Shown here one piece after another: positions 9,008 through 18,547 of a stretch of 32,000 bases of DNA. Origin of the DNA: Nitratidesulfovibrio vulgaris str. Hildenborough. Lineage in GTDB: Bacteria > Desulfobacterota > Desulfovibrionia > Desulfovibrionales > Desulfovibrionaceae. Numbering within the stretch: position 1 is the first letter of the stretch; the number at the start of each line of letters is the position of its first letter. Position numbers and translations under genes: made by a program. The notes under the pieces were generated by a model, which was not told where the DNA came from, searched no databases, and saw only the letters and a program-made list of their open reading frames with translations. The stretch spans positions 3,090,001 to 3,122,000 of the forward strand of contig NC_002937.3 in the NCBI RefSeq assembly GCF_000195755.1, read 5' to 3'.

Positions 9008-9880
9008 ATGAAGGACATGATTCTCATCATCCTCACCTCACACAGGAAGGACTGCTTCTCCATCTGCCTGTACAATCTCGAAAAGTATACCGACCTAGAC
9101 CGCTTCAGCAGGGTGTATGTGCTCGCCAACGCGGTCGACACCGAACACAAGGTCATCATCAGCTCATTCGAGAGACGGCATCGCAATGTGGAGAGCATCC
9201 ATTTCGGCCCGCGCGGACTCGAACACACCGTCCGTACCGAAGGCCTCGTCCTTGCCCTGCACCGTCACTCCCTTGTCGTGAAACTGGATGAAGACGTATT
9301 CGTGACCCCGGGGTGGCTGGAAGGCATGCTACGCGCCTACAAGAACAACGCAGCAGATAACGTCGCCCTCGTGTCCGCGCTGGTGCCCAACAACCAGATA
9401 GGCAAGATATGCCTTGCAGAGGCCCTGCAGCGCCACTTTCCGCAAGGCTTTTCCACCACTGTACGTCGCGACCCCGTCCACCAGAACCCGGACTACGCCA
9501 CATGGATATGGCACAGGGTCCTGCGCGGCGACCTGCGTGACACACGGTGCCCCATCATCCGTAGTGGCATCCCGCAACGCTTCGACGGTGCGCTCAACAT
9601 CAACTGCATCCTCTTCGACAGCCGCATCACCGAACGCGTACTTCCCTTCACCTCGGGCGATGAACAGGCCATCAACGACGCCCTCGTCCAGAATGGACTC
9701 TTCGGCCTGATGACCACCGAAGCCGTGGCACACCACTACAGCTTCGGGCCACAACAGGCCCAGATGGACAGCATGATAGGGACGCAGCGCGTCGCCCTCG
9801 CCTTTGGCATGGACACCCGCCGCACATCGCCCTACCGTCATCCCCCGGTCGCCACGACCCACCCCGTGGGCGCAGCCTGA
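9008..9880 (+). CDS. GT-A-fold glycosyltransferase-like protein (290 aa)
   Basis: 'MILIILTSHRKDCFSICLYNLEKY' resembles a GT2 N-terminus. A DxD-like 'VVKLDEDVFVTPGWLEGML' is present. GGGGA lies 6 nt upstream. GC content at its 5' end is markedly lower. Confidence 0.6.
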   Translation: MKDMILIILTSHRKDCFSICLYNLEKYTDLDRFSRVYVLANAVDTEHKVIISSFERRHRNVESIHFGPRGLEHTVRTEGLVLALHRHSLVVKLDEDVFVTPGWLEGMLRAYKNNAADNVALVSALVPNNQIGKICLAEALQRHFPQGFSTTVRRDPVHQNPDYATWIWHRVLRGDLRDTRCPIIRSGIPQRFDGALNINCILFDSRITERVLPFTSGDEQAINDALVQNGLFGLMTTEAVAHHYSFGPQQAQMDSMIGTQRVALAFGMDTRRTSPYRHPPVATTHPVGAA

Positions 9881-9900
9881 ATCCCCCGACAGGAAACACC

Positions 9901-11517
9901 ATGCACTACAGTTATCTCGAACCGGGCCTTCATGCCGAACTTGCAGCCATCACGCCCGACGAGGCAGTGGCACACCTGCGCAACCATCTGGGCAACCTGC
10001 TTCTAGACCCGGCTGTCACCGCGGCTTACATCAACCGGCTTGGAGTGCTCACCCCCGAAGAGACCACCCCTTCCACGCGGGCATGGCTCACCTATCTGCT
10101 TGTGCGCTACTGCGACCTGCTGCCGCTCGACCTCGCTGCACAACGTATTCTGGCACAGGTGACGGGCAATGCCGCGCCGCACCTGCGCGACCTTGAACGC
10201 TGCGCCATCCCCGACCCCATCGAACGCAAACTCGAACGCCTCGGCGCAGGTGAAGATTCCGAACGCAACCGTGCCATGCTGCTGGCGCTGCTGCATGAAT
10301 ACCCCTATTCGCCCGCCATCATGGAACGGCTCATGACCGTGGAACTCGCGCTGGACATCCCGGTGGGGGGCGAGTGGCTACCGTCGGTCAGACCTCCGGC
10401 GGGGCTGCTGCGCCCCCTGCACGAGCGGCTCTTCATCCATGCCATGATGCAGGGAGACACCGAACGCGCCCTGCAACACGCCGCAGCCTGCGTTCCCGAC
10501 AACCCGTCACCGCATCTGCTCAACCATCTCGCCGAACTGCATGCCCGCCTCGGTGATACGCAACAGGCCCTGAACCTGTACGGGGCCTCACTCGAAGCCG
10601 ACCCCCTCCAGCACCCGGTAAGGCTGCGCATGGAAGCCCTCGCCAAGCCTCCGCGCGCGCATGCCGACGCCCTGCACCACCGCATCGCCATCTGCCTGTA
10701 CAGCTTCAACAAGGCTGAACTGCTCGAACGCACCCTCTCCTCGCTGGCGGCATCGCAAACGGGCGAGGCGCACATCCTCGTCCTGCTGAACGGCTGCACC
10801 GACGATTCCGCAACGCGCGTGGCTGCGGTGAACGAACGGCTGTTCAACGGGCGACTTGAAGTCATCGACATGCCCATCAACATCGGCGCACCTGCGGCCC
10901 GCAACTGGCTGCTTGCCAAGCAGACCGTACGTGAAGCCGATTTCGTGGCATTCCTCGACGACGACGTGGACGTGCCCGCCGCGTGGCTGCCCCGTCTGGT
11001 GGGCAATCTCGAAGAACATCCCGGCGCAGGGGTGGCGGGGACGCGCGTGCGCAACCCCGGTGACGTCCCCCGTCTGCAGTACCTCTACCGGAACATCTCG
11101 GTAGCGCGCCCCGGCCTCATCCGCCTCAGCCTCGACACGCCCACCCTGCACCACGATACCGGCTTCTACGACTTCACCCGCAGCACCACCAGCGTCATGG
11201 GCTGCTGCCACGTGTTCACGCGCCGCGCCCTCGACGAGGTGCCCGCCTTCGACCTGCGTTTCTCGCCGTCGCAGATGGACGACATCGCCCACGACATCGA
11301 CCTTGCCCTTGCCGGGTTCGATGTGCTCTACACAGGCGACGTGGTCTGCGTACATCACCAGATGTCCGGCCTCGGCAGGGCCAATGCCACGGACTGGAAG
11401 CGTTTCGGCAACGTCGCTGGCAATGACGTGAAGTTCTACTACCGCTTCGCCGACCGGCTTGACGCACTGGGTCGTCTCAACAATCTGGGGTTCATGCCCG
11501 ACATGCCCCCTGCCTAG
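9901..11517 (+). CDS. Helical-repeat (TPR-like) N-terminal domain fused to a family-2 glycosyltransferase (538 aa)
   Basis: C-terminal half: 'IAICLYSFNKAELLERTLSSL', 'VLLNGCTDDS' and 'FLDDDVDVPAAWLPRLV'. The N-terminal roughly 250 aa are Leu/Ala-rich helical repeats. Confidence 0.75.
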   Translation: MHYSYLEPGLHAELAAITPDEAVAHLRNHLGNLLLDPAVTAAYINRLGVLTPEETTPSTRAWLTYLLVRYCDLLPLDLAAQRILAQVTGNAAPHLRDLERCAIPDPIERKLERLGAGEDSERNRAMLLALLHEYPYSPAIMERLMTVELALDIPVGGEWLPSVRPPAGLLRPLHERLFIHAMMQGDTERALQHAAACVPDNPSPHLLNHLAELHARLGDTQQALNLYGASLEADPLQHPVRLRMEALAKPPRAHADALHHRIAICLYSFNKAELLERTLSSLAASQTGEAHILVLLNGCTDDSATRVAAVNERLFNGRLEVIDMPINIGAPAARNWLLAKQTVREADFVAFLDDDVDVPAAWLPRLVGNLEEHPGAGVAGTRVRNPGDVPRLQYLYRNISVARPGLIRLSLDTPTLHHDTGFYDFTRSTTSVMGCCHVFTRRALDEVPAFDLRFSPSQMDDIAHDIDLALAGFDVLYTGDVVCVHHQMSGLGRANATDWKRFGNVAGNDVKFYYRFADRLDALGRLNNLGFMPDMPPA

Positions 11518-11539
11518 GACACAGAAGGTGACGCACGGC

Positions 11540-14203
11540 ATGGTTCATGACAGCAACGGGGCCTCGCCCTCCATGGCGAAGGCCCTCCTCCATGAGGCCC
11601 GCGCACGCCTCGCCGAAGGCGACACACGGGCTGCGCTTTCCGTGGCGGAACGCATCCTCTCCCTCGATGCCGCCCATGAAGAGGCCGGAGGCTTCGTGGA
11701 TGCGCTCCACGCCATGCCGCGTCCCGCACTCTCGGTGGTCATCCCCACCTGCAACAGGGTGGATGTGCTGCGCCTGTGCCTCGCGCATCTCGAAGCGCAG
11801 ACCCTCGCAGCCGGCGACTTCGAGGTCGTGGTGGTGGACGATGCCTCCAGCGACGACACCCCCACCTTTCTTGAAGGCTACACCGCCCCCTTCGCCTTCA
11901 GGCATCTGCGGCAGCCACGCAGAGGAGGGCCTGCGAGGGCACGCAACAGGGGTATCGCCGCCGCGCGAGGCGACATCGTGGTCTTTCTCAACGACGATGC
12001 GCTCCTCTGCCCGCAAGGACTCGAGATACATCTCACCACGCACCGCGCCGTGCCCGACGCCACCTTCTCGGTACTGGGACGATTCGACCCGCCCACCGAC
12101 TTCTCCGCATCGCCCTGGGGCCATGTCATCGCCCACTCCGACCTCATCTTCAATTACGCGGGGATGCGACACGGCGGCGTCTACGACTTCCTGCACTACT
12201 ACACCTGCAACGTGAGCACGCCACGTGTGGCCCTCATCGCCGCCGGGGGGTTCGACGCCTCGTTCACAGGCCCGCTGTGGGGTGCGGAGGACATCGACAT
12301 CGGCCTGCGGCTGGAACGCATCGACGTGCCCGTGGTCTACCGCGAGGACTGCACGGCCATCCATCAGCACGACCTTTCGCTGGATGACATGTCGCGCATG
12401 TTCCGTGTGCGCGGGGGCGGCGCGGTGCGCATCTTCGCCCGCAACCACGACCAGCCCTGCCACTACCGCGAGATAGCCGCCGAAGACGTGGCCTACTGGC
12501 GCAACCTCCCCCGTCGCATCACCCACAGGGTCGACGCCCTGCGAGACAGGCTGCGCGCCATCGACGCCCTGCCCCTGCCTCCCGGTGACGACGTGCCGCA
12601 CCGCTTCACGGGCGAACAGTTTCCGCGCCTCGTCGACCTGTACTTCGGCCTGTGGCGTATGCGCAGCAACGCGCTGCTGGGACTCATCGACCCGTTGTGC
12701 CAGGGCCTCGACCATGTGCTCGAACGATGCCGCGAGAGTGCCCAGACCCTGCAATCCGTCGCGCGCCCGTTGTACTTCGCCGCGCTGTTCCTGCGCTGGT
12801 ACTATGATACTGTAGGCATCTGTGCCTCGGAGCATATCCACCGCGTACCTGACGACGACCGTTGCGCCGCAGCCGCCACCATGCCCCTTCCGGCCTTCGC
12901 CAGACCCGCGCATGACGTGGATACCGCGACACCCCATGCATCACCCGGCGCGGCACCCCATACGCCGACCGTCTCCGCACAGGGCCGCATCCTTCTGGCA
13001 TGCGACTTCTTCTGGCCTTCGGTGGGCGGCACTGAACTGTTCGTGGAAGAACTGGGGCGTCAACTCATCACGCAGGGCTACACGGTGGACGTGGCCTGCC
13101 GCAGGCTTGCCGAACGTCCCGCCCTCCGCCACGACGGCATGACCATCCACGAATTCGACTGCTACAACCGCTTCCACGACGGCGACATGGGCCGCGGGCT
13201 TGCCGCCTATCGCGCCCATGTGCTGCGCGGCGGTTACCGTGCCGTCCTGTGCCTCGCCCACCCCGACACATGGGTCTGCCATGCCCTGCGCGACCTGCCC
13301 GCAGACCGCCGCCCCCGCATCGTGATGATGCCCAGCATCAACGCCGCCAACCTCGCCCTCTGGGATGAGCGCGGCGTCATGGACGAGGTGCGCTCCGTGC
13401 TGCGTGGTGCCGACCTGCACATCACCGTCTCGGAACGCGGCTGCGATGCCGCCACCCTTGCCGCGCCGCATGCGGGCATCGACGTACCGCACCTCTTCAT
13501 CCCCCACGCCGTGGACGACCACGCCGCACCGGGCGACAGCCGTTTCCGCTTCGGCCTTGCCGAGGACAGGCCCCTTGTCGTCTGCGTGGGCAACTTCTGG
13601 CCCGTCAAGAACCAGCTTGAGATGCTTCGGGTGATGACCGGCGCAGAGGGACGCTGGCAACTCGTCCTTGCAGGTGCTGCCCTGCCGTGGCCCGGCGAAC
13701 GCGCCTTCTTCATGGACTGCTGGCGCACCGCCGCACGCGACCCGCGTGTACGCATCATCGGGCCACTGCCCCCGGACGAGGCTTCGGCCCTCATCCGCGA
13801 CGCCGACGCCCTGCTCGTTCCCTCGGTGGGAGAGAGTGCCGGGCCGCTTGTGGTGCTGCAGGCCATGGCCCACGGCACACCGTGGGTCGCCACGCCCGGA
13901 TGCAACGCCGTGCACGACGAGGCGGGCGGCATCATCGCCCCTGTCGAGGCGTTCCCGGACGCCGTGCGCAGCATCATCGCCGCGCCGGAGAAGGCCCGTG
14001 CCCTCGCCGCCGCGGGCCGTGAGCACTGGCGCACCTCTTTCACATGGGCAAAGACCCTGCCCCTCTTCGTGGACGCCATCGAGGGCCGCACCGCCGCCTC
14101 CGGGCTGCACATGCCCGCAAGCCTGCGCGCCCTGAACGACGAACTCGCCCGAAACCTGTGCGGACGACACGCCCCGCACGCCACACCGGACGGCATCGCA
14201 TGA
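11540..14203 (+). CDS. Dual-domain glycosyltransferase: N-terminal GT2 plus C-terminal GT-B (GT4-like), 887 aa
   Basis: GT2: 'LSVVIPTCNRVDVLRLCLAHLEAQT', 'VVVVDDASSDDT' and 'VFLNDDAL'. GT4-like: 'ILLACDFFWPSVGGTELFVEEL' and 'LVPSVGESAGPLVVLQAMAHGTPWVAT'. ATG 11540 has GAAGGTG upstream. Confidence 0.8.
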   Translation: MVHDSNGASPSMAKALLHEARARLAEGDTRAALSVAERILSLDAAHEEAGGFVDALHAMPRPALSVVIPTCNRVDVLRLCLAHLEAQTLAAGDFEVVVVDDASSDDTPTFLEGYTAPFAFRHLRQPRRGGPARARNRGIAAARGDIVVFLNDDALLCPQGLEIHLTTHRAVPDATFSVLGRFDPPTDFSASPWGHVIAHSDLIFNYAGMRHGGVYDFLHYYTCNVSTPRVALIAAGGFDASFTGPLWGAEDIDIGLRLERIDVPVVYREDCTAIHQHDLSLDDMSRMFRVRGGGAVRIFARNHDQPCHYREIAAEDVAYWRNLPRRITHRVDALRDRLRAIDALPLPPGDDVPHRFTGEQFPRLVDLYFGLWRMRSNALLGLIDPLCQGLDHVLERCRESAQTLQSVARPLYFAALFLRWYYDTVGICASEHIHRVPDDDRCAAAATMPLPAFARPAHDVDTATPHASPGAAPHTPTVSAQGRILLACDFFWPSVGGTELFVEELGRQLITQGYTVDVACRRLAERPALRHDGMTIHEFDCYNRFHDGDMGRGLAAYRAHVLRGGYRAVLCLAHPDTWVCHALRDLPADRRPRIVMMPSINAANLALWDERGVMDEVRSVLRGADLHITVSERGCDAATLAAPHAGIDVPHLFIPHAVDDHAAPGDSRFRFGLAEDRPLVVCVGNFWPVKNQLEMLRVMTGAEGRWQLVLAGAALPWPGERAFFMDCWRTAARDPRVRIIGPLPPDEASALIRDADALLVPSVGESAGPLVVLQAMAHGTPWVATPGCNAVHDEAGGIIAPVEAFPDAVRSIIAAPEKARALAAAGREHWRTSFTWAKTLPLFVDAIEGRTAASGLHMPASLRALNDELARNLCGRHAPHATPDGIA

Positions 14204-15228
14204 CCCCGCACGCCACCCCTGCGCCAAGAGTCTCAGCCATCGTCTCGCTGTACAATGCCGAACGATTCGTGCGCGGCTGCCTCGACGACCTGCTGGGGCA
14301 GACACTTGCGGATTCGCTTGAAATCATCGTCATCGACGCCTGTTCACCGCAGGGCGAAGGTGCCATCGTGCAGGACTACATGCGCGACCACCCGAACATC
14401 GTGTACGTTCGCACCGATGAACGCGAAGGCGTCTACGCCAGCTGGAATCGCGGGGTGCGCCTTGCCCGCGCCCCGTACGTGACCAACGCCAACGCCGACG
14501 ACAGGCACCGCGAGGATGCGCTTGAACGCCTTGCCGCAGCCCTCGACGAGGCCCCCGAAGCGGGCTTCGCCTATGGCGACTGCCGCGTGGGACAGACAGA
14601 GAACGAACGCTACGCCGACAACGCCGGGCAGCGTGTCATGCGCTTTCCCGACTTCTTCGCGCCCGCCACGCTTCTCTACTGCCAGTTGGGACCGCAACCG
14701 CTATGGCGCAGAAGTGTGCACGACGTCGTCGGCTTCTTCGATGAAAGCTACCGCGCCTGTGCCGACTGGGATTTCGACATCCGCCTCGCTGCCGCCTTCC
14801 GGGGCATCCACGTGCCCGACGCGCTGGGGCTGTACCTCGAACATGAGGCCGCCATCACCTTTCGCGACGACACCATGACGCGTGAGAACGACAGGGTGCA
14901 ACGCCAGTGGCAGCACCCCGAAGCCGTGGAAGAACGCTACCGCGCTGCGGGCGTGCCCTGCCATACGGCAGAGGAGCGTGCCCTCGTCCACTTCGACATG
15001 GCGCTGCGGGCCCTGCGCTTCTATCCGCCGTGGTGCTACGGTGCCCCGGCGCACAATCCCGGCTTCGCAAGGCGTTGCCTGCGCCACGCCCTGCGCCTTG
15101 CGCCCGCCCTCGCCCCTGCCAAGGAACTTCTCGCCCTGCCGGACGCCGTCCTCACCGCGCTTGACGACCTGCCTTCACCGCTGGGGCTGCCCTCGCAGGC
15201 GACCCTTGCCGGGGTCGCGGCGCCATGA
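14200..15228 (+). CDS. Family-2 glycosyltransferase (342 aa)
   Basis: 'VSAIVSLYNAERFVRGCLDDLLGQT', 'IIVIDACSPQGEG' and 'NANADDRHRED'. ATGA overlap with the preceding stop. Confidence 0.8.
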   Translation: MTPHATPAPRVSAIVSLYNAERFVRGCLDDLLGQTLADSLEIIVIDACSPQGEGAIVQDYMRDHPNIVYVRTDEREGVYASWNRGVRLARAPYVTNANADDRHREDALERLAAALDEAPEAGFAYGDCRVGQTENERYADNAGQRVMRFPDFFAPATLLYCQLGPQPLWRRSVHDVVGFFDESYRACADWDFDIRLAAAFRGIHVPDALGLYLEHEAAITFRDDTMTRENDRVQRQWQHPEAVEERYRAAGVPCHTAEERALVHFDMALRALRFYPPWCYGAPAHNPGFARRCLRHALRLAPALAPAKELLALPDAVLTALDDLPSPLGLPSQATLAGVAAP

Positions 15229-15270
15229 CACGACTTGCCGCCCCATCCCGCATCGCCCGCGCCTTGCAAT

Positions 15271-15294
15271 GAAAAAGTCCCCGCAAGGGGACTT
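15271..15294 (-). terminator. Hairpin plus T-tract, likely terminator of the minus-strand operon
   Basis: AAGTCCCC (15275-15282), loop GCAA, GGGGACTT (15287-15294). On the minus strand TTTTTC follows; on the plus strand no T-run follows. Confidence 0.5.
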
Positions 15295-15423
15295 CGATGA
15301 TGCACGGTGCGACCCCCGCACCATTCGCGTGTCGTTCTTCGGACGGTACCCACATGTGGACGGAAGGTGCTGGCATCAGCCCTTCGCCATGATGCGCCTC
15401 GTCCGCCTCAATCGCCTCTACCT

Positions 15424-15504
15424 CTCGCCTAGCTCAAACTGGCGCGACTGGTTCAAGCTCGCTCGCCTAGCTCAATCGGCTCAACTGGCGCAACTAGCTC
15501 AACC
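15424..15504. repeat. Short imperfect direct repeats built on CTAGCTCAA / CTGGCGC
   Basis: 'CTCGCCTAGCTCAA' at 15424 and 15462. 'GCTCAA(A)CTGGCGC' at 15432 and 15479. A third 'CTAGCTCAA' at 15494 overlaps the GT4 stop codon. Confidence 0.45.
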
Positions 15505-16662
15505 AACGCAATCGGGGCGCGCCTCCTGCGCGGCACGGGCGAGATGCACCAGCCCCATGCCGAAGCGCAGCAGACGTTCGGCGTTGTCGGCACGCGCCTC
15601 TGTCTCGCGTTCCGTACCCGCCGTGGGGGTGAAGTCGCCCTGCGCCTCTTGCAGTGCACGGGCAAGGTCTGCGGGGTCGCCCGCACGGAAGGTGTGGCCG
15701 TGCGGCGGGTCCTGTTCCAGATGCACGTCGATGTCTGACAGCACGATGGTCTTGCCAAGGGCGCGCGCGTCCTCGACCACGGTACTCCACCCCTCGAACA
15801 GCGAAGGCTGCACCACCGCATCGGCACCCCGCAAGAGCTGAATCTGGTCGCGCCGGTCGATGAGGCCGAGAATGCGCACCTGTTCCGCGATGCCCAGACG
15901 GTCGAGGGCACGCAGCAGCATGGGAAAGTGCTTCGGGTCGCGGTAGTCGTCGGTACCGCCGGTGCATACCAGCTGCGGCACGCCCCCTTCCGCACGCAAA
16001 CGCGCCAGTGCCCTGAACAACGTCAGGTGGTCCTTGTGCGCCCAGAATTGGTTGCAGCACATGAGGTAGCCGGGGGCGATACCATGACGAGCCTGCACCG
16101 CCGCCACATCGCCCGCGTACCAGTCTTCCTCGCCCACGGTGCAGAACGGCAGCACGAAGGTACGTTCTCGCGGTACACCGTAGAACGCCATGACGTCACG
16201 CCGCGCCGCCTCGCTGCTGAGCACCACCACGTCGGCACTGCGGCCTATGGCGGAGAACAGGGCGTCGCGTTCGGCAAGTTCACGTTCGGGGAAGAAGCGC
16301 GGCAGATGGCGATGCTGGAAATCGGGAATCCAGAAAAGACGCGGAAGCCCGGAAGGGACGTCAGCGAAGCCGTGGGGCAGCGGATAGGCGATGTCCAGCC
16401 CCGCGAAGACCGTCTCCGGGTCATGGACATGGTAGACTCCGGCGGCGTCGCGGGTGCCGTGCATGACGCGAACCTCGTCCGCCAGCGGCACGATGCTCTC
16501 GTACAGGGGCAGGGCCGCAGCCTGTGCCGCCTCGAAGAGCAGTACGATGCGCGGCCGCAGGCGCGGCGGCAGCGATGCCGCCCCCAGTACGAGGTGGCGC
16601 AGGTAGTTGATGCCGCCCGTCCACCCCTCCACGCCCCACTGGATGCAGATGCCTATGCGCAT
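15499..16662 (-). CDS. GT-B fold glycosyltransferase (GT4-like), 387 aa
   Basis: ATG 16662 ('MRIGICIQWG') with GGGAGG 6 nt upstream. C-terminal 'VQPSLFEGWSTVVEDARALGKTIVLSDI', an E-x7-E-type region. Confidence 0.8.
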   Translation of the reverse strand: MRIGICIQWGVEGWTGGINYLRHLVLGAASLPPRLRPRIVLLFEAAQAAALPLYESIVPLADEVRVMHGTRDAAGVYHVHDPETVFAGLDIAYPLPHGFADVPSGLPRLFWIPDFQHRHLPRFFPERELAERDALFSAIGRSADVVVLSSEAARRDVMAFYGVPRERTFVLPFCTVGEEDWYAGDVAAVQARHGIAPGYLMCCNQFWAHKDHLTLFRALARLRAEGGVPQLVCTGGTDDYRDPKHFPMLLRALDRLGIAEQVRILGLIDRRDQIQLLRGADAVVQPSLFEGWSTVVEDARALGKTIVLSDIDVHLEQDPPHGHTFRAGDPADLARALQEAQGDFTPTAGTERETEARADNAERLLRFGMGLVHLARAAQEARPDCVG

Positions 16663-16816
16663 GGACGACCTCCCGCCACAGCAGGCATGGATACGGATTC
16701 GAAGACGGTCTGACGGCCCCCACACACCCGTGGCGCGCAATCCGCACTCATGCGGTCGCCGTGACGCCCTTCGGCAGCACGACTCTCCGGTCTCATGCTG
16801 TCACCCTTACTGCGCA

Positions 16817-17740
16817 TCATGCCCTCTCTCCGCCGGTGACGGCAAAAAACCACGTTGCGTACTCGCGCACGCCCTCCTCCAGCGACACCGCCGGGGCAAG
16901 GCCCATCTGCCGCGCACGGGAGATGTCGGCCCGCCAGTGGTGCGGGTCACCGCCGCGTACCCGCCCTGTGAACACCGGAACGACCCCGGAAAGCCCGAAA
17001 GCCTCCGGCAGCAGCGCCAGCAGGTCTGCGATGCGAGTCGCCTCGCCGCTGGCGACGTTGCACACCACGCAACCGCCATCGGGCCAGCCTTCGACGAGAC
17101 GGGTCACGAACGCCGCCACATCACGCACGTGGATGAAGTCACGCGTCTCGTCGCCCGTGCCATCGAAGACGAACGCCCCCTCCAGCAACTTGTGCGCGGC
17201 GTCCCAGAGAAGCTGCTTCCGCAGCCCGGCCCCGTAACATGAAAAGATGCGCAAGACCGCGCTGCGGATACCGTAGGTGCCGTGAAACTCCTGCGCGATG
17301 TCCTCGCACATGCCCTTGTGCCAGCCATAGGGGGAGATGGGGGCGCGCGGGGCGTCTTCACCCACGGGCAGACTCTGCGGATTGCCGTAGACCGCCGCAC
17401 TGGACAGCAGCACGACCTTCGACGCAAGACCCGCCTTGCGGATGGCGTCGAAAAGCTGGAACACCACGGGCGGGCCGGACTGGAAGTCCACGCCGGGGCT
17501 ATGCATCGAAAGGCCCACCGAGGCCACACCGGCGCAGTGCACCACCACGTCGGGGCGCAGGGTGGCCACAAGTTCTTCAAGGTCGGGGTGCGGCAACGTC
17601 ATGCGCACGTGCCGCACGGCGTCACGCGGCGACGGGTAGACCGACGAGGCGAGTCCCACCACGTCGTGCCGGGGTGCCAGCGCCTCCACCACATGGCTGC
17701 CGATGAAGCCTGTCGCACCGGTGACAAGCACCGTCGCCAT
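16817..17740 (-). CDS. NAD-dependent sugar epimerase/dehydratase (extended SDR), 307 aa
   Basis: 'MATVLVTGATGFIGSHVVEAL' Rossmann motif and 'SPYGWHKGMCE' (YxxxK). GAGGA lies 9 nt upstream. Confidence 0.88.
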   Translation of the reverse strand: MATVLVTGATGFIGSHVVEALAPRHDVVGLASSVYPSPRDAVRHVRMTLPHPDLEELVATLRPDVVVHCAGVASVGLSMHSPGVDFQSGPPVVFQLFDAIRKAGLASKVVLLSSAAVYGNPQSLPVGEDAPRAPISPYGWHKGMCEDIAQEFHGTYGIRSAVLRIFSCYGAGLRKQLLWDAAHKLLEGAFVFDGTGDETRDFIHVRDVAAFVTRLVEGWPDGGCVVCNVASGEATRIADLLALLPEAFGLSGVVPVFTGRVRGGDPHHWRADISRARQMGLAPAVSLEEGVREYATWFFAVTGGERA

Positions 17741-17741
17741 G

Positions 17742-18518
17742 TCAGCGCATCCTCACGGCGAAGGCCACGCCATAGCCCACTTCGGTGAACGCGTAGCCAC
17801 TCATGTTGGGCTGCGCCTGCACCACGCGCCGCCAGATGTCGTACAGGTAGCCGAGTTCAGGGTGGGCGATGTCGTCGAAGACCAGTGCCCCGCCCACACG
17901 CAGACGCGGCAGCACGGTCACGAGGTCGCGCATGGCCCCCTCGGGGCTGTGGTCGCCGTCCACGGTGATGAGGTCGAAGGTGGCAGCAGGATTCTGTGCA
18001 AAGTAGGCAGGCACGGTCTGCGCCGAATCGCCGCTGACGAAGGCGAGACCGCCCGTGTGCCCGAGACGCGCCATCTCGCGGGCCACGTGGTCGGGGCCGG
18101 GGTTCGCCATGCCCGCATAGTCCTGCATCCACAGGTCGAAGCCCACCGCAGAGGCGGCGGGGCTGGCATCGAGCACCATGGCGAGGCTGCGCCCGCGCCG
18201 CACGCCGATTTCAAGATAGTTCTCCACCCGCAGGAAGCGCGAAAGGGTGTGCAGCACCGTGCAGATGTCGGCATACCGCCAGTGCGCGCCATACCGGGCC
18301 ATGCCCTGCCGCATGAAGCGGCGCAGGTAGACGGCATAGTCGTCATCCTCAAGGCGTTCGAGCACATCCAGCACAGCGGCGTAGGTGTTCACGTCGTACA
18401 GGGCCGCTGCCACGGAAGAGGCCCCGGCGATGGCGGGGGCATACCACTGCGTGCCCTCTTCGTGCATGAGGGTATTGGAGCGCACCCTGTCGGTGCACCA
18501 GTCGGCGATGGGCATCAT
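17742..18518 (-). CDS. Class I SAM-dependent methyltransferase (Methyltransf_24-like)
   Basis: 'YLEIGVRRGRSLAMVL', 'DLITVDGDHSPEGAMRDL' and 'LRVGGALVFDD'. Start chosen at ATG 18518 (AGGAG 8 nt upstream). The alternative ATG 18548 overlaps the upstream stop as TGATG. Confidence 0.75.
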   Translation of the reverse strand: MMPIADWCTDRVRSNTLMHEEGTQWYAPAIAGASSVAAALYDVNTYAAVLDVLERLEDDDYAVYLRRFMRQGMARYGAHWRYADICTVLHTLSRFLRVENYLEIGVRRGRSLAMVLDASPAASAVGFDLWMQDYAGMANPGPDHVAREMARLGHTGGLAFVSGDSAQTVPAYFAQNPAATFDLITVDGDHSPEGAMRDLVTVLPRLRVGGALVFDDIAHPELGYLYDIWRRVVQAQPNMSGYAFTEVGYGVAFAVRMR

Positions 18519-18547
18519 GGTCACGTCTCCTTCGACATCCTGTCGCA

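Noticed and set aside
15446-15462. 'ctggttcaagctcgctc', which resembles a tRNA T-arm.
   Set aside because: No complementary 5-bp stem flanks the loop, and no acceptor or anticodon arms can be drawn.
15269-15841. Plus-strand ORF starting 'MKKSPQGDFDDARCDPRTIRVSFFGRY...', with about 80% G/C at third positions over 15300-15460.
   Set aside because: It shares third-codon positions with the minus-strand GT4 frame and runs 340 nt antisense through that gene. The peptide is Arg/Cys/Trp/His-rich, and its ATG sits inside the terminator hairpin. It is probably a shadow ORF or a decayed remnant.
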